A stretch of 63,912 bases of DNA, the filler included, from Platydemus manokwari (lineage: Eukaryota), in assembly GCA_037951405.1 (NCBI GenBank). It is 5 parts of 5 records of this genome, joined end to end, with 100 filler letters (N's around TTAATTAATTAA, not from the genome) between each part and the next. Parts side by side here need not be neighbours in the genome. Positions count along the whole stretch, not along the records: positions 12,444 to 26,726 come from JBBMOY011489195.1; 4 more parts are not named here. One strand, 5' to 3'. Positions 12,444 through 25,900 of this stretch are shown here, in pieces. Under the pieces are notes generated by a model. The model made no database searches. It was not told where the DNA came from and was given only the letters and a program-made list of their open reading frames with translations. The translations under genes were made by a program, and so were the position numbers. Position 1 is the first letter of the stretch, and every line of letters begins with the position of its first letter.

Positions 12444-13324
12444 TTTACTTGACAATAGGAAATCTTTAATAATATTTTGAAAAATATCTTATGAGATAAC
12501 GAATAGGAAAGGGAAAGTTTTAATAAAAACGCATGGGGAATTAATTTTAAAGAAACAATTTAAGAATTTAAACCATATAAGGAGGTTGAAAACACTGCTC
12601 TGCGATTATATTTTTCATTCAAGCCATTGCCAATTAATGTGAGTACGATTGTTATATAAACTACTGATCATTATTATCGTACTTATCGTTTATTGCCAAA
12701 TTATCGAGCTTTGACTCAAAGTCCTCTTTAAAAGGTTTTGCTCTAAGAGTGTTTAGTTCTCGTCATCCAGAATTTGCTACGATAAATCGTATTGATGTAA
12801 TTTTTATTAAATGTATATTCGTAATTGTAAACTCAATTTGATCGGTTTTAAGTTTTATTTTTATAAACGTTTAGTGTATCTAAAGAGTGCTCATTGACTG
12901 AGAAAAATATAAATAAATAGGATACTTTTGAGACTAAAAATAAGATAGTTCGAGACTGAAAATAATAGTAAAATATACAAATAATTGTTGTCATATATAT
13001 TGTCTTCAATAAGCGAGACAAATAAAGAAAACAATCAGGTTTAGAATTGTACCTTGGATTTCGTTGGAACCCCGTGAGGCTGATAAGACAACTTTGATAT
13101 ACCACAATATAAAATACAACTTGAGACTGATATAATATAATAATATAAAACACTACAAACCAGAAACACGTCAACATTACCATTTTAATCTACTGATCAA
13201 AATGAAGAGAAGATTGTAATGTACCCAGAAACTCTTGTTTACCTAAAATAACCATGAACAACTTCCTTTTTATTGGCTTCATCAAACAGTAAGTTAAACA
13301 CTAACCTTCTTGCCACTGGAGATA

Positions 13325-13821
13325 TGTTGTCCTTGCATGGTCATATCGTTGAGTGAGAAGAAATATTGCAATGGAAAAAAGGATTTACATCTTTAAACAT
13401 TTATTTAGATCATTAATCATTCGCATGCTTTCATGACCATACGGACATGGTAATCAAGTTAGATGGAAAACGATAATTGGAAAAAGTGACACAGAAGTTA
13501 ACGTACACACAAAAACCAGAAGTCCAATAGAAACATGAGAAAATAAAGATTAAATCAAAATGTGAGACAAAAATGACACAAAAAATTACACACAGATCTC
13601 AAGTATAAATACCTCTTGTAAAGATGGCCAACTGCCAGTTTGAAGCTAAGTTTTGGTTGTGTTAATTTGGGAAATTGTATTGAATTATAGAGTAGGAACT
13701 GAGTAGTACGGTTACCAGTTGTAAACCAAGTTTTATTGCATCTTTGGGTTTTTTGTTAGTCGTACTGAACAGTACGTGAGTTAGAAATAAAGCTTACAAA
13801 CTTCGATTTTTGGAGTCAGCA
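13325..13821 (+). mobile_element. LTR (family A) at the 5' end of the Gypsy element; PBS-like TGGTGAGG at 13861
   Basis: Starts TGTTG and ends CAGCA, with TATAAATA and AATAAA inside. Homologous to 1260-1717. Confidence 0.6.
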
Positions 13822-14726
13822 ATTATTTCAGCTATTCAGAACTGAACCACAACAATTATTTGGTGAGGTCGGAATTGAACAAAAATTAATTTTATGCATT
13901 TAAACAACCAATATCCAAAAAATTAAACCTCTTCAAATCAATAGTATGTCCAACCTTAAATCAGAATGATTCCCCAAGCAGACTTTGTTAATTGCAGAAA
14001 CTCCGAGTGGACCAGTACTGAAGAGATCCAGTAGATTTTTTAAACTTCATGGTGGACTATTTCATGTATGCCTCTGCATTCGGATGAACCGAAAAACCAA
14101 AGTTCCAAATACTGCTTTTTTATTTGAAAGTGCAGCAGGAGAATTCGACAATCAAATTGACTGAAGAAATATCATTCAGTGGACGGCCATGAAAGATGCG
14201 CTATCAGAGAAAATAATCAGTGGTGACGTTGGCCGCATTTTTCATTAATTTTTTATTTCCAGATTTTGGAGATTTTGAGTACCACTTGTCAACTCTAGAA
14301 AACAAAGCAATGTGTCCAGAACAAACTCGAAAAAAATAGTTGCAAATCAATTTTTAAAAGGTGTTTTTCACTACATCAGTACAGCACTGAGTCTCGTCGA
14401 CAACACTAACTATGATGAGCTCAGCAAAAAGGCTATGAGAATGGAAATGAATTTCACAATCAGAATTAGGCAATGTGTCACATATGCCAGAGGTGGCCAA
14501 CTTTTGTGTACGTAAGATCGACTTTTCATTTGAATAACATCTCACGCGATCTACTAAAATTGGCTTCAAGATCGACCGGTTGGCCACCCCTGACATGCTA
14601 CAGAAACAAATATTTCTACGATGATTAAAATCGAAGAAATAAAATCCAATTAAACCAATCCTTAAGGAAACACCAGAAATCAAAAGAATACAAAATATAA
14701 CTTGGGACATTGAAAGACGAAATCAG

Positions 14727-17700
14727 TTGGGATTACCCAGTTCTCATGTACACATGACGAGATCACTAACTCAAGGAAAAATTCCAATGGAAAATATAAA
14801 AATAAATCAAAGAAAGATTGGTGCAATAATCGATTCTGGATCAACAATATCTATCTTAACAAGAAATTGCTTGGGTAAAGAAGAACTCGATAATATGATC
14901 TGGGGACAAGAACACATAAAAAAATTGGCAGGAAGTACTCCAAAAATTATAGGGAGAACAACAGTAAAAATCGAAATAGCAAACAAAACATTTCGTCAAG
15001 TAGTAGCCGTCATTAAAGGAAATGAATTTGACTGTTTAATCGGAATGGACATCCTCGAGCAATTAGGAAATGTCATACTGGATTTTCGAACAGAAAATTT
15101 AGTAGAAATACACTCAAGCAGAGTAACACATAAATCAAACGAAGTATTTCTAAACAATTCCCTTTCACTTCCACCAAGATCAGAAGTTATATATTATGCG
15201 AATACGCTTGAGAAAAACACAGGGTATATACGATTCGAACCTAATCAACAATTTATACATAAATATGAAATACCCAAATGTTATGGGTTAGTTAAAGTTG
15301 ACGACGAGCGAGTATCGGTTAGGTTCACAAATTTTGATAATAAAACGGTAATTCTTAATCCAGATACAAGATTAGGAACGTTAACATCCATGACGGAAAT
15401 GTCTGAGATAATCGATTGTGGAATTCCAGTCAAAAGATATGATGATATAAAAATAGACAGCCAAATTATAAAAGAAGCACAAAAGAAAAGATTGGAAAAT
15501 CTAATCAATCAGTATCATATGATAATAACACGACACGAATTTGATGTCGGGAGTACGCACATGTGGAACACGAAATACCATTAATGCCAGGTAAAGAAAA
15601 TTCAATTCGAATGAGACCATATCGAATGTCCTATGCCCACCAAGAAGAAAGTCGGAAACAAAAACAACAAATGCTAGGTAACAATATAATCAAGCCTAGT
15701 TTTTCAGCATGGGGATTTCCTGTAGCATTGGTTATTCTGGAAATTCTGAAATATTCTCCACAATCGATCTAAGAATATTGGCAATTTGCTATTAAGGTAT
15801 CGAACAAATGCAAAACGGCCTTCATAGACGACGAGAGTTTGTATGAATTTAATGTTTTATTTTTTGGATTAACAGGAGCACCAGCTATTTTTCAAAGAGG
15901 CATGGATTTTATATTAATGGACGTGGCACACGCAATGGTATATATCGACGATATTATCATTTTTTCTAAAGATTTTAATGAACATATTAATGATATTAAA
16001 CAGATATTTAAAAGACTAAAATTAGCAAATCTGAAAATAAGAGCCTCAAAATGTGAATGGGTCAAGTCAGAAGTTGTCTATATTGGGCATGTGATTTCAA
16101 AAAAGGAACTACAACCTAATCTGCAAGGATCGAAAAAATTCGAAAGTGTCCCGTACCTAAATATGTAGATGCCGCTCGATCATTTCTTGGATTAGCAAAT
16201 TGTTACAGGAAATTTATAAAAAAAATTCACATATTGCACATCCTATTAACATGCTGTTAAAGAAAAATACAACATTTCGATGGAAAACAGAACAACAACA
16301 AGCATTTCAATAATTAAAAGATAAATTAACCACCAATCCCATATTACGACATCCAGATATGAAGAAACCGTTTATTGTGATGACAGATGCCAGTGGATTC
16401 GCTATTACAGCAGTTTTAGGACAGCAAGACGATGGAAAAGAGAGCATTTTGTAGCTTAAACAAGCAGATCATTAGAGAAACACGAAAAAAATTATTCTAC
16501 TATAGAAAAGGAAGCTCTAGCTATTATCTTCGCCGTAACACATTTCAGACAATATTTACTAAGACATAAAATAATACTGTATATAGATCATAACCCACTG
16601 AAATGGCTCATGAATCACAGAGACGTCACCAGTAGACTCATAAGATGGGTAATGACTTTACAACAATATGACTTAGAAATCAGATATCAATAAAGAAAAT
16701 CAAATGCAAATGCCGACACCCTTTCAAGAATTAAAGAAGACATCAAAGAAATTTTAGAAGAAAAATCATTATATACAATTTACAAAGCCATAAAATATGT
16801 TTCTGATATGTCCCAGTTAAAAGAAGGTCAAGAAAATGATGACGAAGTAAATAGGATCAAAACACAATTAAGCCGGAGAGAGTATAATAGAAATCCAAAA
16901 GAATTAAAATAAAGAGGATTCTTCATTCAAAATGATCTAGTGAAATATTATGATGGAACTAATATACTTTTAGTAATACCCAAAAAACATCAATCCATCT
17001 TACTCATGCAATATCATGATGGAGGACTAGGTGGTCATCTCTCAGCCAGAAAAACATTATCGAGTTTGGGAAACATATATTATTGTAGAATAATAGAACA
17101 AGACACCAGAGGTGGTGTATATCATGTTAAATATGTATTACTATACGAAATACGGGATGCTGCACAAAGGCCTCATTAGTACCAATTCCGGTACCACCAA
17201 CTCCGATAGAAATGACAGCAATGGACATTGTTGGACACTTTCCAGAGACGGTAAATGGAAATAAATATATATTAGTATTCTGTGACTACTTAACAAAATG
17301 GCCCAAGGCATTTGCAATACAAAATCAGAAATTGTCGCTTACATTTTCGGTTGAGAATATTGTCTTTCGTTTGGGAACACCAAAGAAAATATTAACAGAC
17401 TGAAGAACTAATTTTCTTAGTGATTTATTTAAAGCTATTACAGATTTATTTGGAATTATGAAGTTGAATACTTCTCCTTATCATCCTCAAATAGACGGGC
17501 TGGTAGAAAGATTTAATGGTACATTAATTAATATGTCATCATCTTATACTAGGAGGACACAACGAGATTGGGATTTATATATGTATATATTCTTATCGAA
17601 ATGCAGTACACGAGGAAACCCGGTGAAACACCGTATTACATGATGTATCTAAGAAGGAACAACATGCCAATCGATTTAAATTACCAAGAACCGTTAACTC

Positions 17701-18107
17701 AGTATATGGAAACTGCTGGTTACAAAACCCTTATGGAAGAAAGATTACAATCAGTGTGGTCAAAAGCTGGATTGAAAATTAAATACAGTCAGGAACAGTA
17801 TAAAGCAGCCTATGATAAAAAGACGCACGAACATCAAATAAAAGTAGGTGATTTAGTGTATCTATTTCGCCCAGAAACGATCAGAGGATTATCACCAAAA
17901 TTGAGCAGACCATATAAAGGACCCTATGTTGTCTGTGGAGCAACAAATACCAGTCTGAAATTGAAACCACAAAAGAGTAAAAACAGTGAGACAATAGTAG
18001 TTCGTGTAAACAGATGCAAGAAAGTATCAGAGGTGGATAAAAAAGAATATCCACTACGAGGAAAAAAGAATAGAATAATCGAATCATCGAATAATGCAGG
18101 ACCATAA
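14727..18107 (+). pseudogene. Gypsy pol (protease, RT, RNase H, integrase), disrupted
   Basis: ORF fragments 14727-15584, 15563-15772, 15839-16168, 16940-17179, 17212-17403, 17458-17643 and 17568-18107 carry the motifs in order. Confidence 0.93.
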
Positions 18108-19303
18108 AATAATTATTTTAATTTTTTGTTAATGATATTATGCAGTAATTAAGTTTCTAGCACTATGATACCAGAGAGAACAGAGATGGAACTAATCGAA
18201 GTATTGAACGTATATTCTACCTACACAAATTTGGTTTGGATCTACAAACATCACAAACCCGGTTCACTTCGAATTTTGAAGATACATCAAAATATGTCTC
18301 AAGCGTTTACATTGGATGAGGATATGAATCATTTCATAATTATAAATTTGTCCTCAAATACACGATATTCATGCAAAATCGCTTTTTAGCTAGATCAATT
18401 ATATGATTACTAATGGTCAGACACCCTACAAACAATTCACATTTGGACACGAGAAATTAGAAACAAGGTTCAAATAGATCCACTTTCCCATGGCATTACG
18501 TGTAGGTGGGCGTATGAGCTAAAATTAAAAGTTAACATAAAACTCGAACGGAGAGAATGATACAATTCGACAGAGTTGTCACATAAAAATATCTGTGAAA
18601 TTTAATAATCTTCGAACATATATAAAATACTTGTTATTGATAACATATTACGAAATGAAAGTAATAGGGGATGACTTGTATGATCCTAATCGGTGGATAC
18701 AGGCCCTTCAAGAGAGTAAAGCCGTGATGCTGATCGAGAGAAGGAATAAAGTACGAATTCAAGCAACTTCAACTACAATATCACTTCGACGAAAATGCTC
18801 TGAAAACCGACAAAAAAATTATGGAAGGCGGAAACCTCTGGAAGCAACCGCGATTAGCCTACGACTAACACACAAATTTTATAAATAATGCATAATAAGT
18901 AAAATTATAATAATTTTTAGTAAATAAATTATTTACCAAAAATAGACGTTATAGGTAAGCCCCTATTATAATTTTGGATTGGTGCCAAGATCTAATTAGA
19001 TTGCGGTGATAGACCAGAATTTAAATTAATAAGAATAACGACATTATTTTAATTTAAAAATGCTGAAGATTGAGAGATCGAATAAATTCTCCAGCGCAAA
19101 ACAAGGTATATGCCGAAGAACAACTCAGTTACCAATGATGTCCATTTTAGAAAATACAGCCATCACTAATATTTTCCGAACAACAGATTGGAAGATGAAA
19201 GGTTTGGCAACCGAAGTTAATAAGAAAACTAATGGCAATGGTGATATTAATGATAATAATAACTAAAATTACAAATAATGAAACTGAAATTCAAGTAAAT
19301 TAG
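18094..19303 (+). pseudogene. Gypsy ORF3 in the env position: signal peptide, tandem FN3-like repeats and possible TM segment, disrupted
   Basis: Reconstructed across stops and frameshifts: MQDHKIIILIF/LLMILCSN; LNVYSTYTNLVW...FIIINLSSNTRYSCKI; VQIDPLSHGITCRW...VKFNNLRTYIKYLLLI; VRIQATSTTISL; LMAMVILMIII near 19230-19262. Confidence 0.7.
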
Positions 19304-19511
19304 CTTACTTAAACAAATTTTCAATTTTTTTCAAAAAAAATTAACTATCAGAATACTTTTTAATCACGAAAATTTTACTAAAAATATTTTCCTTATATAT
19401 TTTCCCAGCATCTTGCAGATCCTTAAATCCATTCAAATAGAACCACAACGGATGAAATCTATCAGCCAGACTTCAGATTTTGGGACAAAATCTTACAGGA
19501 AGAGGGAGATA

Positions 19512-20048
19512 TGTTGGGTTTAACACAAACTAGCCAAAATGGCCTCAAAAATCAAGAAAAATCCTAAAAAGGGTCAATACACACAAACCCGATTAACACA
19601 CGTGCCCTTAACCAATAAGATTCGTTCTAATGTTAATCCATATTTAGAAGCTAAGAATCGACAGGCACATGCCGAGAAACGGCAGCAAGCTCAAATATTC
19701 GCCAATGACATAAGAAATATAAGGAAGATCTCAAGTAAAATGAATAAATTTAGCGAATTGAAAAGGAAGTTCAGCAACATCAAGCAGACACACTCGATGG
19801 TTCTATCAATGAAGCTGAATTCCGTGGATTTTTGCCAGTCTTTTTGGTCGGTAACTTTTGTACTTAGCTTATGTGTGATTTCAATGATCACTCTTTATTC
19901 TGTGTTTGACTTTCGGGCGCTGATCCCATCTTGAGTGATTTTCTTTGTGAATAGAGTAAAGAAATGTTATTATTATATTGCGATTTCGAGTGTATTATTT
20001 TGGTTAATATAGATTTGTAGATTCAAATTGTTGTTTAATAACACAACA
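19512..20048 (+). mobile_element. 3' LTR (537 bp) preceded by a polypurine tract
   Basis: AGGAAGAGGGAGATA lies immediately before TGTTGGGTT. The LTR ends AACACAACA, an 8/9 terminal inverted repeat. Confidence 0.75.
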
Positions 20049-20183
20049 TATATATTGGGGAATCGGAAAAATGTGTCGGCTAGGAGGAGTTTTTTTATAA
20101 AAGAAAAATAATAAAGAAGAACAGTGAAATTAACTTTTTATTTTTTATCATTGGAAATATATGGGGGTTAGGAAGAGGAATAC

Positions 20184-20202
20184 TATATATATATATACAT
20201 AT

Positions 20203-20241
<39 letters not shown>
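20184..20241. repeat. (TA)n plus (AG)18 microsatellite
   Basis: Directly visible. Confidence 0.95.
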
Positions 20242-20244
<3 letters not shown>

Positions 20245-22168
20245 AGATGAAATAGTAATGATGATACACATTGCTCACAAATCTATGGAGAGCCTGATGA
20301 AGTATATAATCACAAGCAGTCCATTAATAAAATGAGTATTTAAACTTCAAGGCTACAATCTAAAATGGGTCTATGGAAAAGGGTATCCAATTTCATAGCG
20401 GAAATAACCACAAAATCTAATGAAGTCAATTTGGTTGAAACTTTTAGTGCACTGAAAATCAGCGCATTGCGATACCGGAAAAGGTAACTCTAATTCAAGT
20501 TCAGAAGCTTGATTATATATCCTGAATTTTGATTGTGTTAGAAGAGACAACACTCATAACACCCCAATACTTATATTTAAGACTACCACAGTTGACTTCG
20601 TTATGCAATAAAATTCAACACAAGTTATTCAATGACTTGTAAATGCGTTATAAATAGTCATTATTGTACGCACCTTTGTTGGAATATTGATAATGGTTAT
20701 TCTCGGGTACTTTATCACAAAATCAGCCACTATTATCTAAACACAGTCTCTATTGTTCAAATTTGGTCTAGACTATCTGTCTGTGTTATCAATATTCCAC
20801 TTTTTCTCCATTTATTCATAGCGCCCCAATAATTACTATAATCCATATAATATTATTTTTATTATATTGAATCAAATAAATTGTCATTTTCATACACATT
20901 ATAATGCCATTGTATAAAAATAAAGTTCAAAATGATGACTGCATGAAGCATGAAAATCAGCTACTTTGATAAAATTTCTCCTATAAGGGAATCGTTTAAT
21001 TTGAATTTTGAGTCTGTCTAGCTTTACAAGTTTGAATCTGTCTGGCTGCTTATGTCATTAACTAGTGTGAAAAATAAAATTATTTAATGATTCTATCGGA
21101 TCTCGGTTATATATTTGGGTCATGGATTATGGTTAGCTATTCATCAAGATTCACCTAATCTGGATTAAGTGAATATAAATTGAGTGTTTTGAGATCCGCA
21201 TTGTCCCGAATGTGTTTGATGTATAAGCTGTTGCACGGGCTGTTCATGGAACGGTGCATAGATCTGTGGGAGATGAATTTAATACTCATTCCAAGAATTA
21301 GATGAAAAACATTACGATATTAAATATTTTATGAAAATCTTGAGAAAGATAAGAAAACAAATTGTAGAAAAGAATTCCAAAATCAATAAAGTACAATTTC
21401 CTAAAAAACACAAACAGAAAAAATTGTTTTGATTTTCGTAAGCCCATGCACCCGATTAGATACAGCTGATATGCAGCACTTTATAAAAATTAATTTTTCT
21501 ATACTCGAGATAATTTTCCATTAACACGTAATAAATAAAAGTAATCTCGATTTAAAATTCGGCAATTAAGTAAGAAGCTAGACATGTACTAACACTACCG
21601 ATTTGAAAATTTAAAATATTACTTTGAGCTAATAATATTCTACATTATGTAAAAATATTTCCATAAATATATTCCAAATTAGATTCATTTATAATTTCTA
21701 TTAAATCAACAATTGAAACAACTCGCACTAGTTTGCTTTTAAATTATTATTTAAAATAAAAAATCATTGATTAAAAATTGATTTGATGGATTAAAATTTA
21801 TTGTCAAATCCTGACAAATTATTTCTCATCATTTACACAACATAACAAAATAAAAGCAAAATAATCCAGTTCATAATCGGAATAAAATTAAGCTCATTAA
21901 CGGAAAATCAATATGGACAATTTTACAGTTGTTGTCAAATTCAATATCGATAAAACAGAAGGCAAATTTGATTGCACAATATTAAATTCAGTAGGTGGCC
22001 AATCTTTCATATATTGCCTAACTAATCACATTCGAATTAAAAATCATAAATCATCTACTGACCGATTTAACAGTAGCAAATCTCTCATCAAATTTTATCC
22101 ATTTATCACATCAATAAAATAATAAGCACGATTTCAATACAAGAAAGACTTAGGTAGAAAACACATCA

Positions 22169-23044
22169 TTAATAGCCGTTGGTCCCATTGCTAAATTTTC
22201 GATTCTTGTTCGAATATTCATTGATTTGCGTTTCAAATTTCACCAACTGTTGCCAAAAACCCGGATTGGGTTGAACGCAACATCTACGCGATTTAACAAA
22301 ATTGTAAGCATCCACTGCTGTGTGTCCATGGTAGCGGATTAAATACGCTATAACAATTGTGGCAGATCGTGAAATACCAGCAATACAATGCACTAGGACT
22401 CGACCTTCATCGGAAATATGTTGATGCATTCGTGATAAAATCGATGGAAAATGTAGTGCTATATCAGTTGATTCTTGATCATCTATGGATAATTCTACGC
22501 ATTCTATACCACTAGCTCTGACAGGACAGCCTTCTCTCAAGACTGAAACAATCATTGTTATGCCCAAATGTCGCAATTTATCTAATGTAACCGCTTTCAG
22601 TCCTGATAAATATAAATTTTCAGTTATTTTCGAAGCATCATTGAGATCTAATTGGGATATCGATTTGAACGATACAATATTTTGTATTGGGCGATATGAT
22701 GTTGTAAATCTAGACATGAAACCATTATCGCTATCTTCTTCCATACTTTTAGTTCCCCTAGTAGCAGATAAAAGCGGTTTCTTTTTTATTATTGATTGAT
22801 CTTTTAAATTTAATAATCCGTTCGAAGCAACCGTTGTATTTGCAGTAGTTTGAGAGTAAGTAAAATATGACTTATTTTGATTATCAGAATTGAAAGTTAT
22901 GGGCTCATAGTTTGAGCTAAATGAAAATGAACTTCTCTGACGCCATGAGTCTTTTTTCGTTGAGGAGTCAATTGATGAATATGTAAATCCTGAATTATTT
23001 GATTCAGCAACTTGATTAAAGTTGGATACTTTACGAAAGCTCAT
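22169..23044 (-). CDS. Atypical dual-specificity protein phosphatase (DUSP14/18/21-like) with S-rich N-terminal extension
   Basis: SKITENLYLSG, acid loop IDDQES, catalytic VLVHCIAGISRSATIVIAYLI and QPNPGFWQQL. Intronless, no rhodanese domain. Confidence 0.93.
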   Translation of the reverse strand: MSFRKVSNFNQVAESNNSGFTYSSIDSSTKKDSWRQRSSFSFSSNYEPITFNSDNQNKSYFTYSQTTANTTVASNGLLNLKDQSIIKKKPLLSATRGTKSMEEDSDNGFMSRFTTSYRPIQNIVSFKSISQLDLNDASKITENLYLSGLKAVTLDKLRHLGITMIVSVLREGCPVRASGIECVELSIDDQESTDIALHFPSILSRMHQHISDEGRVLVHCIAGISRSATIVIAYLIRYHGHTAVDAYNFVKSRRCCVQPNPGFWQQLVKFETQINEYSNKNRKFSNGTNGY

Positions 23045-24236
23045 TTGAAAAATGTTAGAATATCAACGTATTTCACAAATTATTAAAATAATAAGCAAAG
23101 AATATTTGCGAAAAATTTCTTTAAAATAAATGTTATATATTAAACTGAATTGAAATAATGTTTATTATTGATGAATTTACCGCGATTAAACAAATGAACT
23201 GAATTAATTAGATATAAAACCTTTAAAAAATATCTTAAATTATTATATGCATTATAAAATGCAATTAATTAATTATTATCTTAGATTTAATCTCTCATAT
23301 ATATCATTTTTAAAAGGTTTATATGAATAAAAATTCCTAATTTCAAACAAATTGGTAAACACTGATTTATTTTTGAGGTATCTACAATATTATTAATTAA
23401 TATATTATTTTTACATTTGATATCAAAGATGTTTCAAAAAATTAACCTCTTACTGCAAACGAAATTAGAAGAATCAGAGAATGATTTTCCTGTCAAATTT
23501 TTCAAATATTTTAGAGTATAGATTATAAAATATTGAAACTTCAATAATTAATAAATATGAGTCTCTTATGGTCTTACCTGTAAGAGTGATGGCGTAATCT
23601 CTTCTACAAAATCGTAAGATTTTAAGATTTTAGTTTTTATAATCATTCAAGTTGAATTGAGTTCAATCTAGAATATTTTTGTTGCATAGCTTTAAGATAA
23701 TAGTATAAACTTTAAAAGATAATTTTGATGTTAGGGATTAACTTAGAAATAAATTAAGTTTTACAAATAATAAAGTTACTTGAAATGATAAATGAAAGTT
23801 GTAATAAATAATCAATGCATATTTGTCATGAAACGATTGTACGTGAGTACAATGTTTGATTTAAAAAAGGTTCGCACTATTGGATCAAAAGATAATAATT
23901 CGTTTGTCTCGTCTTTTCGTTATTTTCTTAGGCTTGATGATTTGTTATTTATACTCTTACTGCTATCTTTGAATGATAATTTTTCCTTTGCATATCGGAT
24001 AATTAGAATAGTGCATCGAATGAGACTAGTTCCAGAGTAGAATAATTATCTGCCAATCTCAACTATGAGAGAAATTAGTAGAGTAGAGTAATTATTTATT
24101 GATTTTTCTGTCAAAAGTTCCGATGTATTTTTTAAGGGGGCAAAAATTCTATAACTACGATGATCACTTATATTGACTAATTTTTCTTATATTTTTGTGT
24201 ATTGTTATTTTTAGTCTTTGGAACTATTTTCATAGT

Positions 24237-25900
24237 TTATCTTTTATAATTACTATTTTTATAATTACTATCCGAAAAGGCCAAAATCGGAGCTGTGCAT
24301 AACTGTTCCTTAAGCTTTTCAGAACTTTCCTCACATTCTGTAGTCCACTCCAGTTTATTGTCACTTCCAGTCATCATTGTATTTAAAGAAGCTGTAATTA
24401 ATGCAAAGCCCTTGATAAATCTTCTGTAATAATTACATAGTCCTAGGAACGACCTCAACTAAGTGATGCAACCAGGTTTCATTGCTTCCTTAATCTTCTT
24501 TAATTTGTCATCATTAGTTTATATGCTTTCTGCATTGACCGTATTACCAAGGAAATTCAATTTTCTAGTGCCAAAAGTACATTTCTCTGGATTTATTTTC
24601 AAAGCTGATGACTTAATCAACCTAAATACCTTTTCAAGTTTCTCATTGTGTTCCTCTACGGTTCTTCCATACACTAAAATATCGTCCATATAAATAAGAA
24701 TGCCTTTGTAAATCAAGTCCTTGAATATAGTATTCATTAGACTCTGAAATGTTTCTGCGCGGTACATAATTCAAAATGTAGTCTGTTAAAACGGAACTGC
24801 CAAGTTCTAGTGCTGAATGCTGTTTTCTACTTAGAATCTTTCTCAAGTTTTACCTGATAATATGCTTGACCTAAATCTATCGTGGAGAAAACTGTCGCTC
24901 TATACACTGAATCCAATAACGTTTGAATATCAGGTACCGGGAATAAAACTCCTCAGTCTGTTAGTTTAATTTTCTGAAGTCTAAACACATTCTGATTCAA
25001 CCATCTTTCTTTGGAACCACAACCAAAGGCGAATTCCAAGGGCTTTTGCATTTTCTACCAATTCTTGAATTTTCTTTTTTAAATTGATTGGCTGCTTTTT
25101 GGGGTTTTGATATAGGTTCCCATTTCGTGCGGATCTCGTGCTTCACAATATCTGTTAGTCCCAAATCGAACCGAGAAGCCATAAAAATTGAACCATTTTC
25201 TTTTATACACCTATTCAACGAAAAATCGTTCTTATCTGCATTGGTCGCGGTATTTCTTTCCCACATCATTAGCATCAATTGATTTTATCCCTGCAAGAAA
25301 TATTCCACAAGTCTTCATCATATCAACTCCTCCGATAAATATTGGTGAAATTTCTTTTACTACAATGATCTCCTTTACTAGAATCTTGTTGTTCCAAACT
25401 ATTGTGATCTTTATTTTACTTAGACACAATTTGTGTGTATTGGAGAATATACCAGCCAATCGAACAACAGAATTTTTAATCTGCGGCTCTCCAATGGGCC
25501 TCCAATTGCTCTTGTTCATTACTGTTATTGATGTACAATCGTTGTAAAATTTAGAGGCAATAGCTTTCATTGATCTTGTCGGTCTCTCATTGTTTTGAGA
25601 TTCAATGCGATTAACTGGTGCTCCTTTACACCAAAATCTCTTTCCTGCACGATTGAACTTGGCTTTTTGAATGACATCTCCTTCTGAAAGGTCTTCCTTG
25701 GGTCACTTTGAAATACTGAAAGAAGCACTTGTCTTCTTGATGGCATGTATGGGCTTCGTCGGAGTTAACTTCTCAAAATTAACAGCTAGCTCTCTTCTTC
25801 TATCGTCGGACATTGCAGGGTAGTGAGTAAATGACTCTTTCAATTTCTTGATATTTACACCTTGCAGAATAAATAGTCTTGAAATTTTTTCAAGAGTGTT
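24237..25900 (-). mobile_element. Decayed Gypsy gag-pol fragment
   Basis: SPWNSPLVVVPKKDG, LIYMDDILVYG, LKINPEKC and RSFLGLCNYYRRFIKGFA. It breaks off before RNase H and integrase. Confidence 0.9.

Larger units (their letters stand above)
13325..20048 (+). mobile_element. Decayed near full-length Ty3/Gypsy LTR retrotransposon (gag-PR-RT-RH-IN plus extra ORF)
   Basis: Protease IIDSGSTISIL, RT YEFNVLFFGL and VYIDDIIIFS, RNase H MTDASGFAITAVLGQ and YSTIEKEALAI, integrase HDGGLGGHL, MDIVG and SPYHPQIDGLVERFNGTL, then a GPY motif, in Gypsy order. Many stops and frameshifts. Confidence 0.95.

Noticed and set aside
19539-19934. 131-aa ORF with a hydrophobic C-terminus
   Set aside because: It lies entirely within the 3' LTR and has no recognisable domain, so it is probably incidental.
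23212-23324. Imperfect ~19-bp inverted repeat upstream of the DUSP gene
   Set aside because: Almost entirely A/T and imperfect, so plausible by chance.
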